The translations under genes and the position numbers were made by a program. A stretch of DNA of 64,000 nt from an uncultured Candidatus Saccharibacteria bacterium (lineage in GTDB: Bacteria; Patescibacteriota; Minisyncoccia; Phycocordibacterales; CAIZLB01). The stretch is taken from contig CAZVIP010000002.1 in assembly GCA_964627085.1 (NCBI GenBank), forward strand, positions 4,416 to 68,415, in the 5' to 3' direction. Every line of letters starts with the position of its first letter. Position 1 is the first letter of the stretch. Under the pieces are notes generated by a model. The model had not been told where the DNA came from and did not search any database. It saw only the letters and a list, made by a program, of their open reading frames with translations. Shown in pieces: positions 18,615-28,211 of the stretch.

Positions 18615-21104
18615 TTAATTTCGACTCTTATTATAACCTATATAACCCAAGCCCAAAAGCGCCAAAAACATTATAAATAACAAGGCTTTTGCAGCGCTAT
18701 TTCTAGCAATAAAGTCCAGGATACTTGAGCTTTCAGCGATTTGATTAATTTGACCCAAACCAGTTGCATCACCGCGCTCCACAAGATCACTGCTCTGAGG
18801 ACCGACACCCTGATTTAAGTTTGAACCATCCCGCTGATCTGAAGTCCGAGCGAGCTGTCTGTTATTTGATTCGCTGTTTACACCCGCAGTATCAAATTGA
18901 CCCGAAACTTCAGAACCTCTTGTGCCTGTTGTGCGCAAAGGTGTTGTAGTAGATGCACCAGTTTGTGCATTGCCGTTAAACAATGACGGACTTGTTGATG
19001 CTGTAGTTGTCGCGGACGAAGGACTTGATGTACCCGTTCCATTTGAACTGTTTTGGACACCAGCCTCAACGCCGTTATTCGCTGAATTTGCTGATTCATT
19101 CGTACCTGTTTGCTTGGCAAATGGGACCATAATACTTCCCCATGTTTTACCTAAATACCCCGGGACCGCATATGAAGTGGCCCAAAGTCTTGAATTATTA
19201 TCAAGTGAACTTTCGAGACCTCCGTCATTTGTTGATTGTTTTGCACCGAGATAATCATTTGGATTTTTTCCTGACACCGTCCAATTACGTGGTGATTCTC
19301 CGAGTGCTGAAATAGCCTGCATCACCCATGCTGTTGCAAAAGTATTTTGCCATCCGCCGTCTGATTCTTGCGTCGACTTGAGATATTGTTTTGCGCGGGC
19401 AAGTGCAGACGATACATTTGTTTCATTCGCGAAAGGAGCGAGCACGGATATTGCAGCTGCTGTCACGTCGACGCTTTCGAAGGCACCTGAGCTTTGCTGT
19501 TTTGACAAAATATATGAAATTGATTTTGAGATTTCAGGATCCGAAGTAGTGTATCCGGCTTTTGACAATACGAGCACACTGAATATGTCATCATTTACAA
19601 GCTCTGTACTACCGAATTGATTTCCATCAAAACTTTTTTTAATTTGTTCTATATAATTTTTTGATGTTCCATTATATGGATTCACTCCGAGCGACATGAG
19701 CGACATGGCTCGACGTGCATAATCGAGTGGATTTGAACTATTTATTTGATTATTGATTAAATAATTTTTAACAGGGTTTGTGCCAATACCACCGATGCCT
19801 CCATATGATGCAAAAGCAATTGCTGCCCAGTCCGCATAGAGTGCTGATGTATATGCGCCGCCATTTTCTTTTGTCAGGATAAAAGAGATTGCATTCTCCA
19901 CACTAAATTGATTTCCAATAACCCCACTACCCTGGCCTGCACCTCCGGAATTATTACCAGTACCTGACATATCTGTCGTGCTTGTCGCTGTTGATGTTGC
20001 TAAATAGCCTTCTGGTGCCTCGCTTATATCGACAACTGCAAAGTCATATAGTGGATAGTAATATTCTTCACTAATGCCGATGCCGTATGCGCCAGATGTA
20101 GCCACTGTCAGCGAAGCATATCCATCGGAAGAAGTTGTTGTAGCATTCACAATTTCTGGACTCCATGGATTTGATGGATCTGGTCTTGTTGCACCAACTG
20201 TTACACCAGCAAGCGGTGACCATGCATTTGTTCTATATTCATAATTCTCGGCTCTGACCAGAAAAGGAATTGTTGTATATGCAGTCTCGGTTGGAAGGAC
20301 GATGCGACTCTTTGTCCCAAAATATAAATACACATCATCGCCATCATGGAGAATATAATCATCAACGCCAACAAATGGATATGTATCATTAACTACAAAC
20401 TGCCAATTATAGCAAGCATTTACCGTTGTACTTGTTGCAATATTTTGAGTCTGAATATTTAGACAATTGATAATATATGAATCAAATGAATCGAAATACG
20501 AAAGATCGGTCAGCTCAAAATTATCTGACAATTTATCAGCTTCGATAATAGCCGCAAGCGTTGACGAACCCTGTATTTTTCGCACAACTGAAGCATTATC
20601 AATTACATCAATATCCCTCTGTGCGATTGTCACCTGTCTCTCAAAGACAATGTCATTGTTATAGCGGACATGGACCATTACCTTTTGTTCTGTTTGCTCT
20701 GCACTTGATGATGCAGTGCTTGTTGCAGTGTTTTCTTCTTGGATAAGGTTTGTTTGGACACTTTGCTGTGCCACAGGAGCAGGTTGTTCTTCTTGTGTCG
20801 ATGTTGACGTTTCTGTGTCCGTACCAGTTTGTATTTCAGTTTGTGTTTGTGTTTGTGTTTGTGTTTCTTCGCCCGGACCAGCTGTTACCTCAGTTGGCGT
20901 TTCAGTGACCACCATCGGCAGACTTTCGTCAGTTACCTCATCTGCAAATGCAATGTGTGCACTTTTTGTTGCCAAGACATTTCCGAAGGTAAAAACTAAG
21001 ACATAAAATAATAATAGTGAACTTGCTGTAATTTTCTTGAGAAATATTTGATATTTTTCACCTGCATATTTTTCTGATTTTGTTGGCGCGCTATTCTTTC
21101 TCAT
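18615..21104 (-). CDS. large cell-surface protein with a DUF4430-like module and a prenyltransferase/squalene-cyclase-type alpha/alpha-toroid repeat domain
   Basis: N-terminal signal/TM; TQTQTQ linker; W.FVVND..PFVGVDDYILHDGDDVYLYFG (DUF4430-like); repeats SKQQSSGAFES and STQESDGGWQNTFATAWVMQAI (QxxxGGW); C-terminal hydrophobic anchor. Confidence 0.7.
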   Translation of the reverse strand: MRKNSAPTKSEKYAGEKYQIFLKKITASSLLLFYVLVFTFGNVLATKSAHIAFADEVTDESLPMVVTETPTEVTAGPGEETQTQTQTQTEIQTGTDTETSTSTQEEQPAPVAQQSVQTNLIQEENTATSTASSSAEQTEQKVMVHVRYNNDIVFERQVTIAQRDIDVIDNASVVRKIQGSSTLAAIIEADKLSDNFELTDLSYFDSFDSYIINCLNIQTQNIATSTTVNACYNWQFVVNDTYPFVGVDDYILHDGDDVYLYFGTKSRIVLPTETAYTTIPFLVRAENYEYRTNAWSPLAGVTVGATRPDPSNPWSPEIVNATTTSSDGYASLTVATSGAYGIGISEEYYYPLYDFAVVDISEAPEGYLATSTATSTTDMSGTGNNSGGAGQGSGVIGNQFSVENAISFILTKENGGAYTSALYADWAAIAFASYGGIGGIGTNPVKNYLINNQINSSNPLDYARRAMSLMSLGVNPYNGTSKNYIEQIKKSFDGNQFGSTELVNDDIFSVLVLSKAGYTTSDPEISKSISYILSKQQSSGAFESVDVTAAAISVLAPFANETNVSSALARAKQYLKSTQESDGGWQNTFATAWVMQAISALGESPRNWTVSGKNPNDYLGAKQSTNDGGLESSLDNNSRLWATSYAVPGYLGKTWGSIMVPFAKQTGTNESANSANNGVEAGVQNSSNGTGTSSPSSATTTASTSPSLFNGNAQTGASTTTPLRTTGTRGSEVSGQFDTAGVNSESNNRQLARTSDQRDGSNLNQGVGPQSSDLVERGDATGLGQINQIAESSSILDFIARNSAAKALLFIMFLALLGLGYIGYNKSRN
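20824..20867. repeat. hexanucleotide microsatellite (GTTTGT)n inside the surface-protein CDS
   Basis: gtttgtgtttgtgtttgtgtttgtgttt encodes the (TQ)n linker on the minus strand. Confidence 0.8.
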
Positions 21105-21105
21105 G

Positions 21106-21834
21106 CTATTCGTTTGTTAATTCAAATCTGATAATGTCTCCGCTTTTTGGAATATAGTTAGAAATTCCAACATTTCCCCTTTGACTGTTCACACGATAAA
21201 ACCAATATAGATTATTTTTTGGCGATTCTTTTATGCCATTTATTGAGTCTATATAGTAACCAAGTCCATCAAATTCTTTTTGGGTAAAAGAGAGCACACC
21301 TTCATCGCTTAGTTTTTTTGTGAGATCATATACAGTTCCACCTATCTTGAGTTTTGTATCTATGCGCAAGGCGATTGTTTTTGTATTCGGACCAGCTGTC
21401 GAGACTCCTATTTTTTGCGCATTTTCAGCACTGACGAAAACCTCAAAAGAAACCGGCATTTGCTCAGCCACCTGGCCCCCTTGAACCCCAGCTGTATTTG
21501 CATTCATCTGTGCGATAGAGGTTGCGGTATAGGTCGCACTTCCCGGCGCATTCAAGTACATATCCATTTCCGCAGACCTATCTTTTGATACTTGTTTTGA
21601 GCGTAGGCTACTTAGAGATTTTGATTCACTCTGACCAGTCTGACCACTTTCACTAATCTGACTTAGGATTTCCTTGTCGAAAGAATTATTGTCTCTCACC
21701 TCCCTAACATTTCGTGAATATTCAGAATATAAAGATGCGAATACAGTCAGTGCAACACAAAAAGCAATAAGGAAAATATACTTAGCACTTTTTTTGATCG
21801 ACAGCCCTATAGATGATTGTATTTTTTGATTCAT
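21106..21834 (-). CDS. secreted DUF4430 domain protein (transcobalamin beta-domain-like)
   Basis: Signal peptide/TM; C-terminal SINGIKESPKNNLYWFYRVNSQRGNVGISNYIPKSGDIIRFELT matches the DUF4430 pattern SGW.Y.VNG...L.dGD.I.f.Y; stop overlaps the next gene start; true start is the ATG 6 nt inside the listed TTG. Confidence 0.65.
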   Translation of the reverse strand: MNQKIQSSIGLSIKKSAKYIFLIAFCVALTVFASLYSEYSRNVREVRDNNSFDKEILSQISESGQTGQSESKSLSSLRSKQVSKDRSAEMDMYLNAPGSATYTATSIAQMNANTAGVQGGQVAEQMPVSFEVFVSAENAQKIGVSTAGPNTKTIALRIDTKLKIGGTVYDLTKKLSDEGVLSFTQKEFDGLGYYIDSINGIKESPKNNLYWFYRVNSQRGNVGISNYIPKSGDIIRFELTNE

Positions 21835-21840
21835 AAACAA

Positions 21841-21863
21841 AAAAACTTCTGCGAGTCAGAAGG
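21841..21863 (-). terminator. intrinsic terminator/attenuator hairpin 7 nt upstream of the DUF4430 start codon
   Basis: Minus strand ccttctgac-tcg-cagaag followed by a 7-T run; candidate expression platform of the upstream riboswitch. Confidence 0.5.
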
Positions 21864-21989
21864 TTGTCGTGCTTTATTCATGTTGTATAGTTTTCACTTA
21901 AACATGTGTATGGATTTCTGTACCACATGCGCTCGGCCTTGAATATAATACCTGAAAAGATATTTGATTCACCGATTCGGAAACTATAT

Positions 21990-22160
21990 GTATGTATATA
22001 AAGACGTTCTGCTCGAAACTTACAAGTCATTTAAAGATCGGACTTATCATCTGCAATAATTGCGATGCATTACCGTTGCGGCACAGCGAAGGATTTTCAC
22101 CTTACTTCCACATTCAGCATTCTTTGTTCTGCTGACGCTCATTTCCCGCCCAAGAATCTG
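21990..22160 (-). promoter_or_regulatory. cobalamin (B12) riboswitch-like leader
   Basis: Minus strand GGAAGUAAGGUGAAAAUCCUUCGCUGUGCCGCAACGGUAAUG matches the conserved core GGGAAnnnGGUGnAAnUCCnnnGCnGnCCCGCaACgGUAA; a partial B12-box-like AAGUCCGAUC lies downstream; sits in the 5' leader of the DUF4430 operon. Confidence 0.5.
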
Positions 22161-22322
22161 TTCAAGATCTTGCAGTACAAGGGAAATAAGTAAATGACCT
22201 TCGCATATTCTATGCAAAGGTCATTTACTTGTAAACATATACAATTGGTTTTTTTGTGTTGCGATGAGGTCTTCTTGTGTGTATTTCAGCAAAACCAACT
22301 TCTCCATCCTCAATCCGCCAGA

Positions 22323-22787
22323 TTACTCAATATTTGCAACTGTGTATTCGATATCTGCAGTTGGAGTCTTTACTGTGAAATCTTCACCCTTCTTCTTTCC
22401 AAGTACAGCGGCACCAAATGGTGACTTGAATGAAACCTTTCCATTAGCTGTATCAATTTCTTCTGATCCTACAATAGTGAAGATTCGGACATCTTTTGAA
22501 CCCTTCTTTTGTGCGTGAACTTTTGATCCGATTTCTACGACATTGCTGTGGTGAACAGCGACAATCTCAGCTGAGGCAAGAATAGTTTCGAGCTGTGAGA
22601 TTCTATCTTCGAGTGCAGCCTGATCCTCTCGAGCCTCGTGATATTCGGCGTTTTCTGAAAGGTCTCCAAGTGATTTTGCAAATTCAAGTTCGTCAGCGAT
22701 TTGTTTTCGCTTCTCAGTTTTAAGGAGTGCAAGTTCTTTTTGTAATTCTTCGAACTTTTCTTTTGTGAGATATTCTTTATTAGCCAT
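22323..22787 (-). CDS. greA: transcription elongation factor GreA
   Basis: N-terminal coiled coil (KEKFEELQKEL, DLSENAEYH) plus C-terminal FKBP-like domain; 154 aa. Confidence 0.85.
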   Translation of the reverse strand: MANKEYLTKEKFEELQKELALLKTEKRKQIADELEFAKSLGDLSENAEYHEAREDQAALEDRISQLETILASAEIVAVHHSNVVEIGSKVHAQKKGSKDVRIFTIVGSEEIDTANGKVSFKSPFGAAVLGKKKGEDFTVKTPTADIEYTVANIE

Positions 22788-22899
22788 GAATTCTTGTTTT
22801 GAGTTAATTAATAGCGATATGCTGTATTATGCTTTATTAAAGCCCTGTTTTCGATTATGGCTGAAATTATAGCTTATTTTGAGTATTTTGGCAATCGGC

Positions 22900-23832
22900 C
22901 TACTTGCCTGTGGTGACTTTTGCTGGGTCAAATTTATTACCCTCGAAAACCACAGTTTCAACTGATCCATCAAATTCCGTGGTGCGCAGCACTACATCAT
23001 CATTTGCATCAGTGGTGATTTCTATCAGACTATTTCCGTCCTTATAATCCTTTGCTGAACTGTCATATAGCCCGATGACATCTTTCTTGTCATTATTCAA
23101 AACTAGAGCGATTATTGTCTTTCCGTTTTCTGTGAAGTTAACAATTTTGAAATTCTTCTTTTCCATTTCCACTTTTGCGCCGGCTGAGATTTTGATTGTC
23201 GGCTCTGGTGCGACAATTTTCTCTGAGACTTTATCTCCATCGACAGCGATGCCATGTGACTTTAATTCCGTGAGCATGTCTTTCAAAAAATGACCTTCAT
23301 TTATATAGCCTGTAGTTGGAACACCTTCAATTTCAAAAGCATGCTTATCTTTATAATATACTGCATAATGAAAATTAATTGATCGTAATATTACTTTTGA
23401 TTCACGAATAGAAATGTCTGGGTTACCGAGATCTTTTACCCATACATTTAGTTGAGCCACAAATTCATGGACACGCTCTTCATATGTCATATTTTTTTCA
23501 CTTCCTTTATGAGCATTCATTGTGGCATGTTCCTTGTCTCTACCTGCATCTGCCTTCAGGTCGCGCGCAGGTTGTTCGCCGGCAGTGGCAGTAGACATCA
23601 TAGTGGCCGCAGTCAATACCTGCCAAATCCGCTGTAGAGATTTTCCATGTGTTGCGCTGGGCGCCTTGCTATTTGTTTTTACTTCTGGCGACCCTACTTC
23701 CTCTTGGATGACAATTGGTGTATTAAAACTACTATCAACGTTTTCAATAGTACCGTCTATTGGCTGTCCTTCAACTGGTAAAGGCACAGACATTGAATCA
23801 GTATTAAATTCTTGTGGATTTCTTTCGAGCAT
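22900..23832 (-). CDS. hypothetical protein (310 aa)
   Basis: Intact ORF; disordered N-terminus; no motif recognised. Confidence 0.45.
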   Translation of the reverse strand: MLERNPQEFNTDSMSVPLPVEGQPIDGTIENVDSSFNTPIVIQEEVGSPEVKTNSKAPSATHGKSLQRIWQVLTAATMMSTATAGEQPARDLKADAGRDKEHATMNAHKGSEKNMTYEERVHEFVAQLNVWVKDLGNPDISIRESKVILRSINFHYAVYYKDKHAFEIEGVPTTGYINEGHFLKDMLTELKSHGIAVDGDKVSEKIVAPEPTIKISAGAKVEMEKKNFKIVNFTENGKTIIALVLNNDKKDVIGLYDSSAKDYKDGNSLIEITTDANDDVVLRTTEFDGSVETVVFEGNKFDPAKVTTGK

Positions 23833-23844
23833 ATAAATATATTA

Positions 23845-25767
23845 TCACAAATCCGCTCTAAAATACTCAGGCATATACAGCGCCATCTTGCCCATGAGCT
23901 CAGCAAATGCAGCTGTCGCGCCGAAAATTGCATTTGATGGCCCTTTTTCCATCATGATGACAAAAGCATACTTCGGTTTATCGTATGGAAAAAACCCTGT
24001 GGCCCAAGAGTTGATAAATTCATTATTTATACCAGTCTGCGCAGTCCCTGTCTTCCCAGCAATTTTAATACCCGGTAAATTAAGAGCCTTCATTGTTCCA
24101 TCAGTTACAGTCATTCTCATACCCTCTTGAACAATTTTAAAATACGAATTACTGGATATAGGTAATTTTTTATTTTCTTCTATCGGCTCAATCTCTTGTG
24201 GTGAAAGCTGTGATTGATTTGTACCAAGAGATGATATCGTTGATGAACTGACAGTGTTTGTCGATCCGAACTTAGAGTTGATATCCTCTGATTTTATTTT
24301 ACTCTCATCCAATCCAACTGTTTTGAAAATCCTTGGATCAACAAGTGTGCCGTTGTTCGCAATTGCTGCAATAGCACGAATAGCCTGTGTCGGAGTGATT
24401 TGATATCCATACTGACCAATTATAGTGTTGTAGGTGTCTCCCACTCTCCAGATATCACCATTGAAATTTTTTGCCTTCCATTCTGGTGTTGGGATAATAC
24501 CTGATTTACCTTTGAAAAAACCACTGGAAATAGCCTCACCTAGTCCAAACATTTTTGAGTATTGATCAATTTTCGTAATACCAAGACCTTTTTGCTGATC
24601 AAGGAAACCGCCACCAATTTGATAAAAATAAACATCTGATGAAACAGCGATTGCTTCACGCATGTCTGTGTACCCATGTGCTTTCCAGTCTCTGAAAATT
24701 GTATACTCACCAGGTTTATAAGGGTTTGGGAACCTGAGCTCACCAGTACTTTCAATTTGTTTATCAGGGGAAATAATTTGCTCCTGAAGTGCTGCAAGGG
24801 CAAAAATTGGCTTCACGATAGAACCTGGTGTGTATAGACCCTGTGAAATTCTATCAAGAAAAGGTTTTCGCTTATCAGTCAGATATTCTTTAATTGCCAC
24901 TGTATTTGATGCCGCCGTCATTATATTTGAGTCGTACTCTGGATATGAGACACTGGCAATTACTTCACCAGTATATATATCCATAATCATACCAGCCCCA
25001 TCCAAGAACCCTGATCTGTGACTAATTTCTTTGATTGATTCATACATTGACTCTTGAACTCGTGCATCAAGCGTTAATGTTATATTCGTTCCTTTTTGTG
25101 GTGGACGCATCACACTCTCTGAAATAACATTACCTTGTACATCCGTCTCTGTGAGTTTCAGTCCTGGTCCACCCTTGAGGACTTTATCGAAATATGACTC
25201 AACACCATCAGCACCAGAGTATTCGGTATTGTAGTAAAAGCCGGACTTATCTTTCTTTGGATATTTTACATAGCCAACTAAATTGTGAGTACCGGGTGTT
25301 TGCCTGTATTTGCGAATTGGAAAATCCTTTTGTTTATCATCCAACTGATTCCAGGCAAGTAAAATCCCATTTCTGTCTTGAATAACTCCTCTTTCTGAAA
25401 AAATAAGACTTTTGTTTAATCTGTTATTTTCCGCAAGGCCGACCCATTTTGCAGATTCAAAAAATTGTAGCTTGAGTGATTGTCCTAAATATATAATTCC
25501 AACAAGCAAAAAGATTCCTGCCGTCACATAAATAGTTGTCGCTGAAATTGGTTTTTCAATTCTCCCTTCAAATTGATTTGTGTCAAAATCTGGCAGGTTT
25601 GAAGAGTCGATAAATATTTCGTCAGGATCGACATCTTTATTCATGCGTCCTATGCTTTTTCTAAAAATAAGACCTGAGAAAAACAAACCAATTCTTTTTG
25701 TAAAAGAATATCTTCGAGATGGAATTTGATTGCTTTTGAGCAATGTTTGTTTTCTTGAAAAAAACAT
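23845..25767 (-). CDS. mrdA: penicillin-binding protein 2 (elongasome transpeptidase)
   Basis: TM anchor, SxxK (GSIVKP), KTGTAQ; immediately downstream of mreBCD. Confidence 0.8.
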   Translation of the reverse strand: MFFSRKQTLLKSNQIPSRRYSFTKRIGLFFSGLIFRKSIGRMNKDVDPDEIFIDSSNLPDFDTNQFEGRIEKPISATTIYVTAGIFLLVGIIYLGQSLKLQFFESAKWVGLAENNRLNKSLIFSERGVIQDRNGILLAWNQLDDKQKDFPIRKYRQTPGTHNLVGYVKYPKKDKSGFYYNTEYSGADGVESYFDKVLKGGPGLKLTETDVQGNVISESVMRPPQKGTNITLTLDARVQESMYESIKEISHRSGFLDGAGMIMDIYTGEVIASVSYPEYDSNIMTAASNTVAIKEYLTDKRKPFLDRISQGLYTPGSIVKPIFALAALQEQIISPDKQIESTGELRFPNPYKPGEYTIFRDWKAHGYTDMREAIAVSSDVYFYQIGGGFLDQQKGLGITKIDQYSKMFGLGEAISSGFFKGKSGIIPTPEWKAKNFNGDIWRVGDTYNTIIGQYGYQITPTQAIRAIAAIANNGTLVDPRIFKTVGLDESKIKSEDINSKFGSTNTVSSSTISSLGTNQSQLSPQEIEPIEENKKLPISSNSYFKIVQEGMRMTVTDGTMKALNLPGIKIAGKTGTAQTGINNEFINSWATGFFPYDKPKYAFVIMMEKGPSNAIFGATAAFAELMGKMALYMPEYFRADL

Positions 25768-25772
25768 ATTAA

Positions 25773-26048
25773 TTATGAATAAAATCTAATGCGTCTTTTT
25801 GTGACATAAATAATAACCATCAATATAGCAGCGCAATATGTGTATGTGAGCATAGGCATATGACTACTTGTACCTGACCACTCGGCTGATGAATAAAAAA
25901 TATCAGCCAAGAAACCCCAAATCAACACCTCGTGTAATTCATATTTCCAGATAATCAATGCGCTGTATACAAAAACAATATACCAAGGCAAAAAGATCAG
26001 GGCGAATAAAAAGAATATATTAATTAGTACTCTTTTTAATAAGGACAT
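25773..26048 (-). CDS. mreD: rod shape-determining protein MreD-like (small polytopic membrane protein)
   Basis: 91 aa, 3 TM, positioned between mreC and mrdA. Confidence 0.5.
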   Translation of the reverse strand: MSLLKRVLINIFFLFALIFLPWYIVFVYSALIIWKYELHEVLIWGFLADIFYSSAEWSGTSSHMPMLTYTYCAAILMVIIYVTKRRIRFYS

Positions 26049-26973
26049 AAATAAGTGAGTTTAAATTAATTGGCAATTTAAAATATGCGTAGATATATGC
26101 TTCGCCATCTTCTGAATCGACCGATTCAATTGCAGAGAAAACCTCTGGCTTCAAGAAATTTCTAGCGACCAAATCACCTTTGTGTATCTCTGTGACCTTT
26201 GGTAATTTGAGGAAAAAATTCCCACCACCCTTGCCTTCTGCTGTAAATGCCATTGTTGTAGTTCCAATCAGTACATCAATTTTTGATCCTGGCGCTGAGA
26301 GCAATTTGACTGTCGTGCGATGTTCTTTGACATCAACAACCTCACCAATTGGAAACCCTCTGAAAGCATATACCTGGTCGCCCAAAGTGACACCGTCTGC
26401 ACTTCCAACATTTACCACAAGGGCATCATATGGACTCTGCGGAGGCCGTACAAGGACACTAGCGAGTACTTCGTCCTTGCGGAGGGTATTATCAACCGCA
26501 GCAATACGCCCCGCTCCTGTAGTCATCTGTGGACTCAGAGTGCTGGTCGCGAGACTACTCTTTGTACTAGTTGCCGTGGTTGACGCGACACTTAGTGCGG
26601 TTGCCTGAGCTGGACTTTCCTCGCCTGTATCTTGATTTACTTTTTCAAGAGCCATTGGATCTGTGGCGATACCACTTGGTATTCGAACGCCGGCTTTTTT
26701 GATTAACTGGAGCAAAGCATCATTTTCTACTTCGAGTGCTTGTATCTTTGAATCATATGCAGATGGCAAGAGAGATATTTGTCCATTTGTATTTGGGACA
26801 AAGAGACTCTTTATTCCAAATAAAATATTTCCTATAAAACTACCGAGCACAAAATATAAAACCACGAGGATAATCAGAGTCACAATGATAAGCAAAAAAC
26901 CAACCGGCTTCTTGCTACCAGAAAGACTATGAGAAGAGCTTATATGTTTACTGGCGTGATGGAGGTAACTCAT
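26020..26973 (-). CDS. mreC: rod shape-determining protein MreC
   Basis: N-terminal TM, coiled coil, beta-rich C-terminal domain; follows mreB. Confidence 0.7.
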   Translation of the reverse strand: MSYLHHASKHISSSHSLSGSKKPVGFLLIIVTLIILVVLYFVLGSFIGNILFGIKSLFVPNTNGQISLLPSAYDSKIQALEVENDALLQLIKKAGVRIPSGIATDPMALEKVNQDTGEESPAQATALSVASTTATSTKSSLATSTLSPQMTTGAGRIAAVDNTLRKDEVLASVLVRPPQSPYDALVVNVGSADGVTLGDQVYAFRGFPIGEVVDVKEHRTTVKLLSAPGSKIDVLIGTTTMAFTAEGKGGGNFFLKLPKVTEIHKGDLVARNFLKPEVFSAIESVDSEDGEAYIYAYFKLPINLNSLIYVLIKKSTN

Positions 26974-28015
26974 CTTCGTTTTGAATTAGTATATCAGCAA
27001 AACGAATTAAATCCTCTAAAATAATCCCCGCCCCTCGCGCAACAGCTGTTAGTGGATCATCCGCAACATGAACCGGAATACCAACATATTCATTGAGTAC
27101 TTCTGGAAGGCCGTGAATCAAAGCCCCACCCCCTGCAAGATAAATACCATTTTTCATAATATCTGAAAGAATTTCTGGTGGAGTTGTTTCGAGAACTTCT
27201 TTGACCGCATCGAGAATGGTATCAACAGAAGCACCAATCGCACTTCGTACATCAGCATCAGTGACAACCACTTCACGTGGTAGACCAGTTACTAAATCTC
27301 GCCCTCTGATTGTTGCTTCGAGCGGTGGATTTGTTGGAATAACACTTGCGATAGCAACCTTAACTTCTTCGGCTGTTTTTTCTCCAATCAGAATTTTAAA
27401 TTCATTTCGGATGTATGAGACTATGTCTGTATTTAATTTATCACCTGCGACTTTGAGATTTTTTGCTCGTACAATTCCTCCGAGTGAGATCACTGCAATA
27501 TCAGTTGTACCACCACCGATATCAATAATCATACTTCCAGAAGCGTCATGGATCGGCAATCGAATACCAATCGCAGCTGACATAGGCTCTTCAACAATAT
27601 GCACTTCGCGAGCACCGGCATTTTTTGCGGCGTCACGAACGGCACGTCTCTCTACATTTGTGACACCATAAGGGACACCGACGACGACTTTTGGACCAAA
27701 CATTTTCTTTGAGATGCCTTCTGCTTTTTTAATCAAATATGAAAGCATTTCCTGTGTGACTTCGAAATCTGAAATCACTCCGTCAACAAGTGGTCTCACC
27801 GCAACAATGTGCGCAGGTGTGCGTCCAAGCATGTCTTTTGCAGTTTTCCCTACAGCGACAACACGACCAGTCTTTTGATTGACGGCCACAACTGAGGGTT
27901 CATTGATAACCACACCGCGCCCACGCACGTATACAAGCGTATTTGCAGTCCCTAAATCGATACCGATTTCATTAGAGGTGAGCGTATGGAATTTTTGTTT
28001 GAGTTTTTTGAGCAT
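26948..28015 (-). CDS. mreB: rod shape-determining protein MreB
   Basis: Actin-fold motifs IGIDLGTANT, IIDIGGGTTD, LAGGGALI. Confidence 0.9.
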   Translation of the reverse strand: MLKKLKQKFHTLTSNEIGIDLGTANTLVYVRGRGVVINEPSVVAVNQKTGRVVAVGKTAKDMLGRTPAHIVAVRPLVDGVISDFEVTQEMLSYLIKKAEGISKKMFGPKVVVGVPYGVTNVERRAVRDAAKNAGAREVHIVEEPMSAAIGIRLPIHDASGSMIIDIGGGTTDIAVISLGGIVRAKNLKVAGDKLNTDIVSYIRNEFKILIGEKTAEEVKVAIASVIPTNPPLEATIRGRDLVTGLPREVVVTDADVRSAIGASVDTILDAVKEVLETTPPEILSDIMKNGIYLAGGGALIHGLPEVLNEYVGIPVHVADDPLTAVARGAGIILEDLIRFADILIQNEDELPPSRQ

Positions 28016-28211
28016 AGGTTCTGAATTGCGCTTATTCTATAGGAAAAAAGCATATATGGCGAATTTGACTAAATATGGCAAATGTATGGTGGTTTTTGCC
28101 AATTTTTATGTGAAATTTTAGGTGAAAAGAGACACGCAAAACAGGGCTCTGCACCAAGCTTTCAGGGCCGAACAAACTGTTTAGATTGAAACCTACATCC
28201 TGACTGACAAA

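Noticed and set aside
18764-21006. Multiple 60-110-aa ORFs on both strands inside the 829-aa surface-protein gene
   Set aside because: All are embedded in or antisense to a long, well-supported CDS. They are shadow ORFs.
27201-27671. 156-aa plus-strand ORF
   Set aside because: Antisense to mreB; its composition is Ser/Thr/Ala/Arg-rich.
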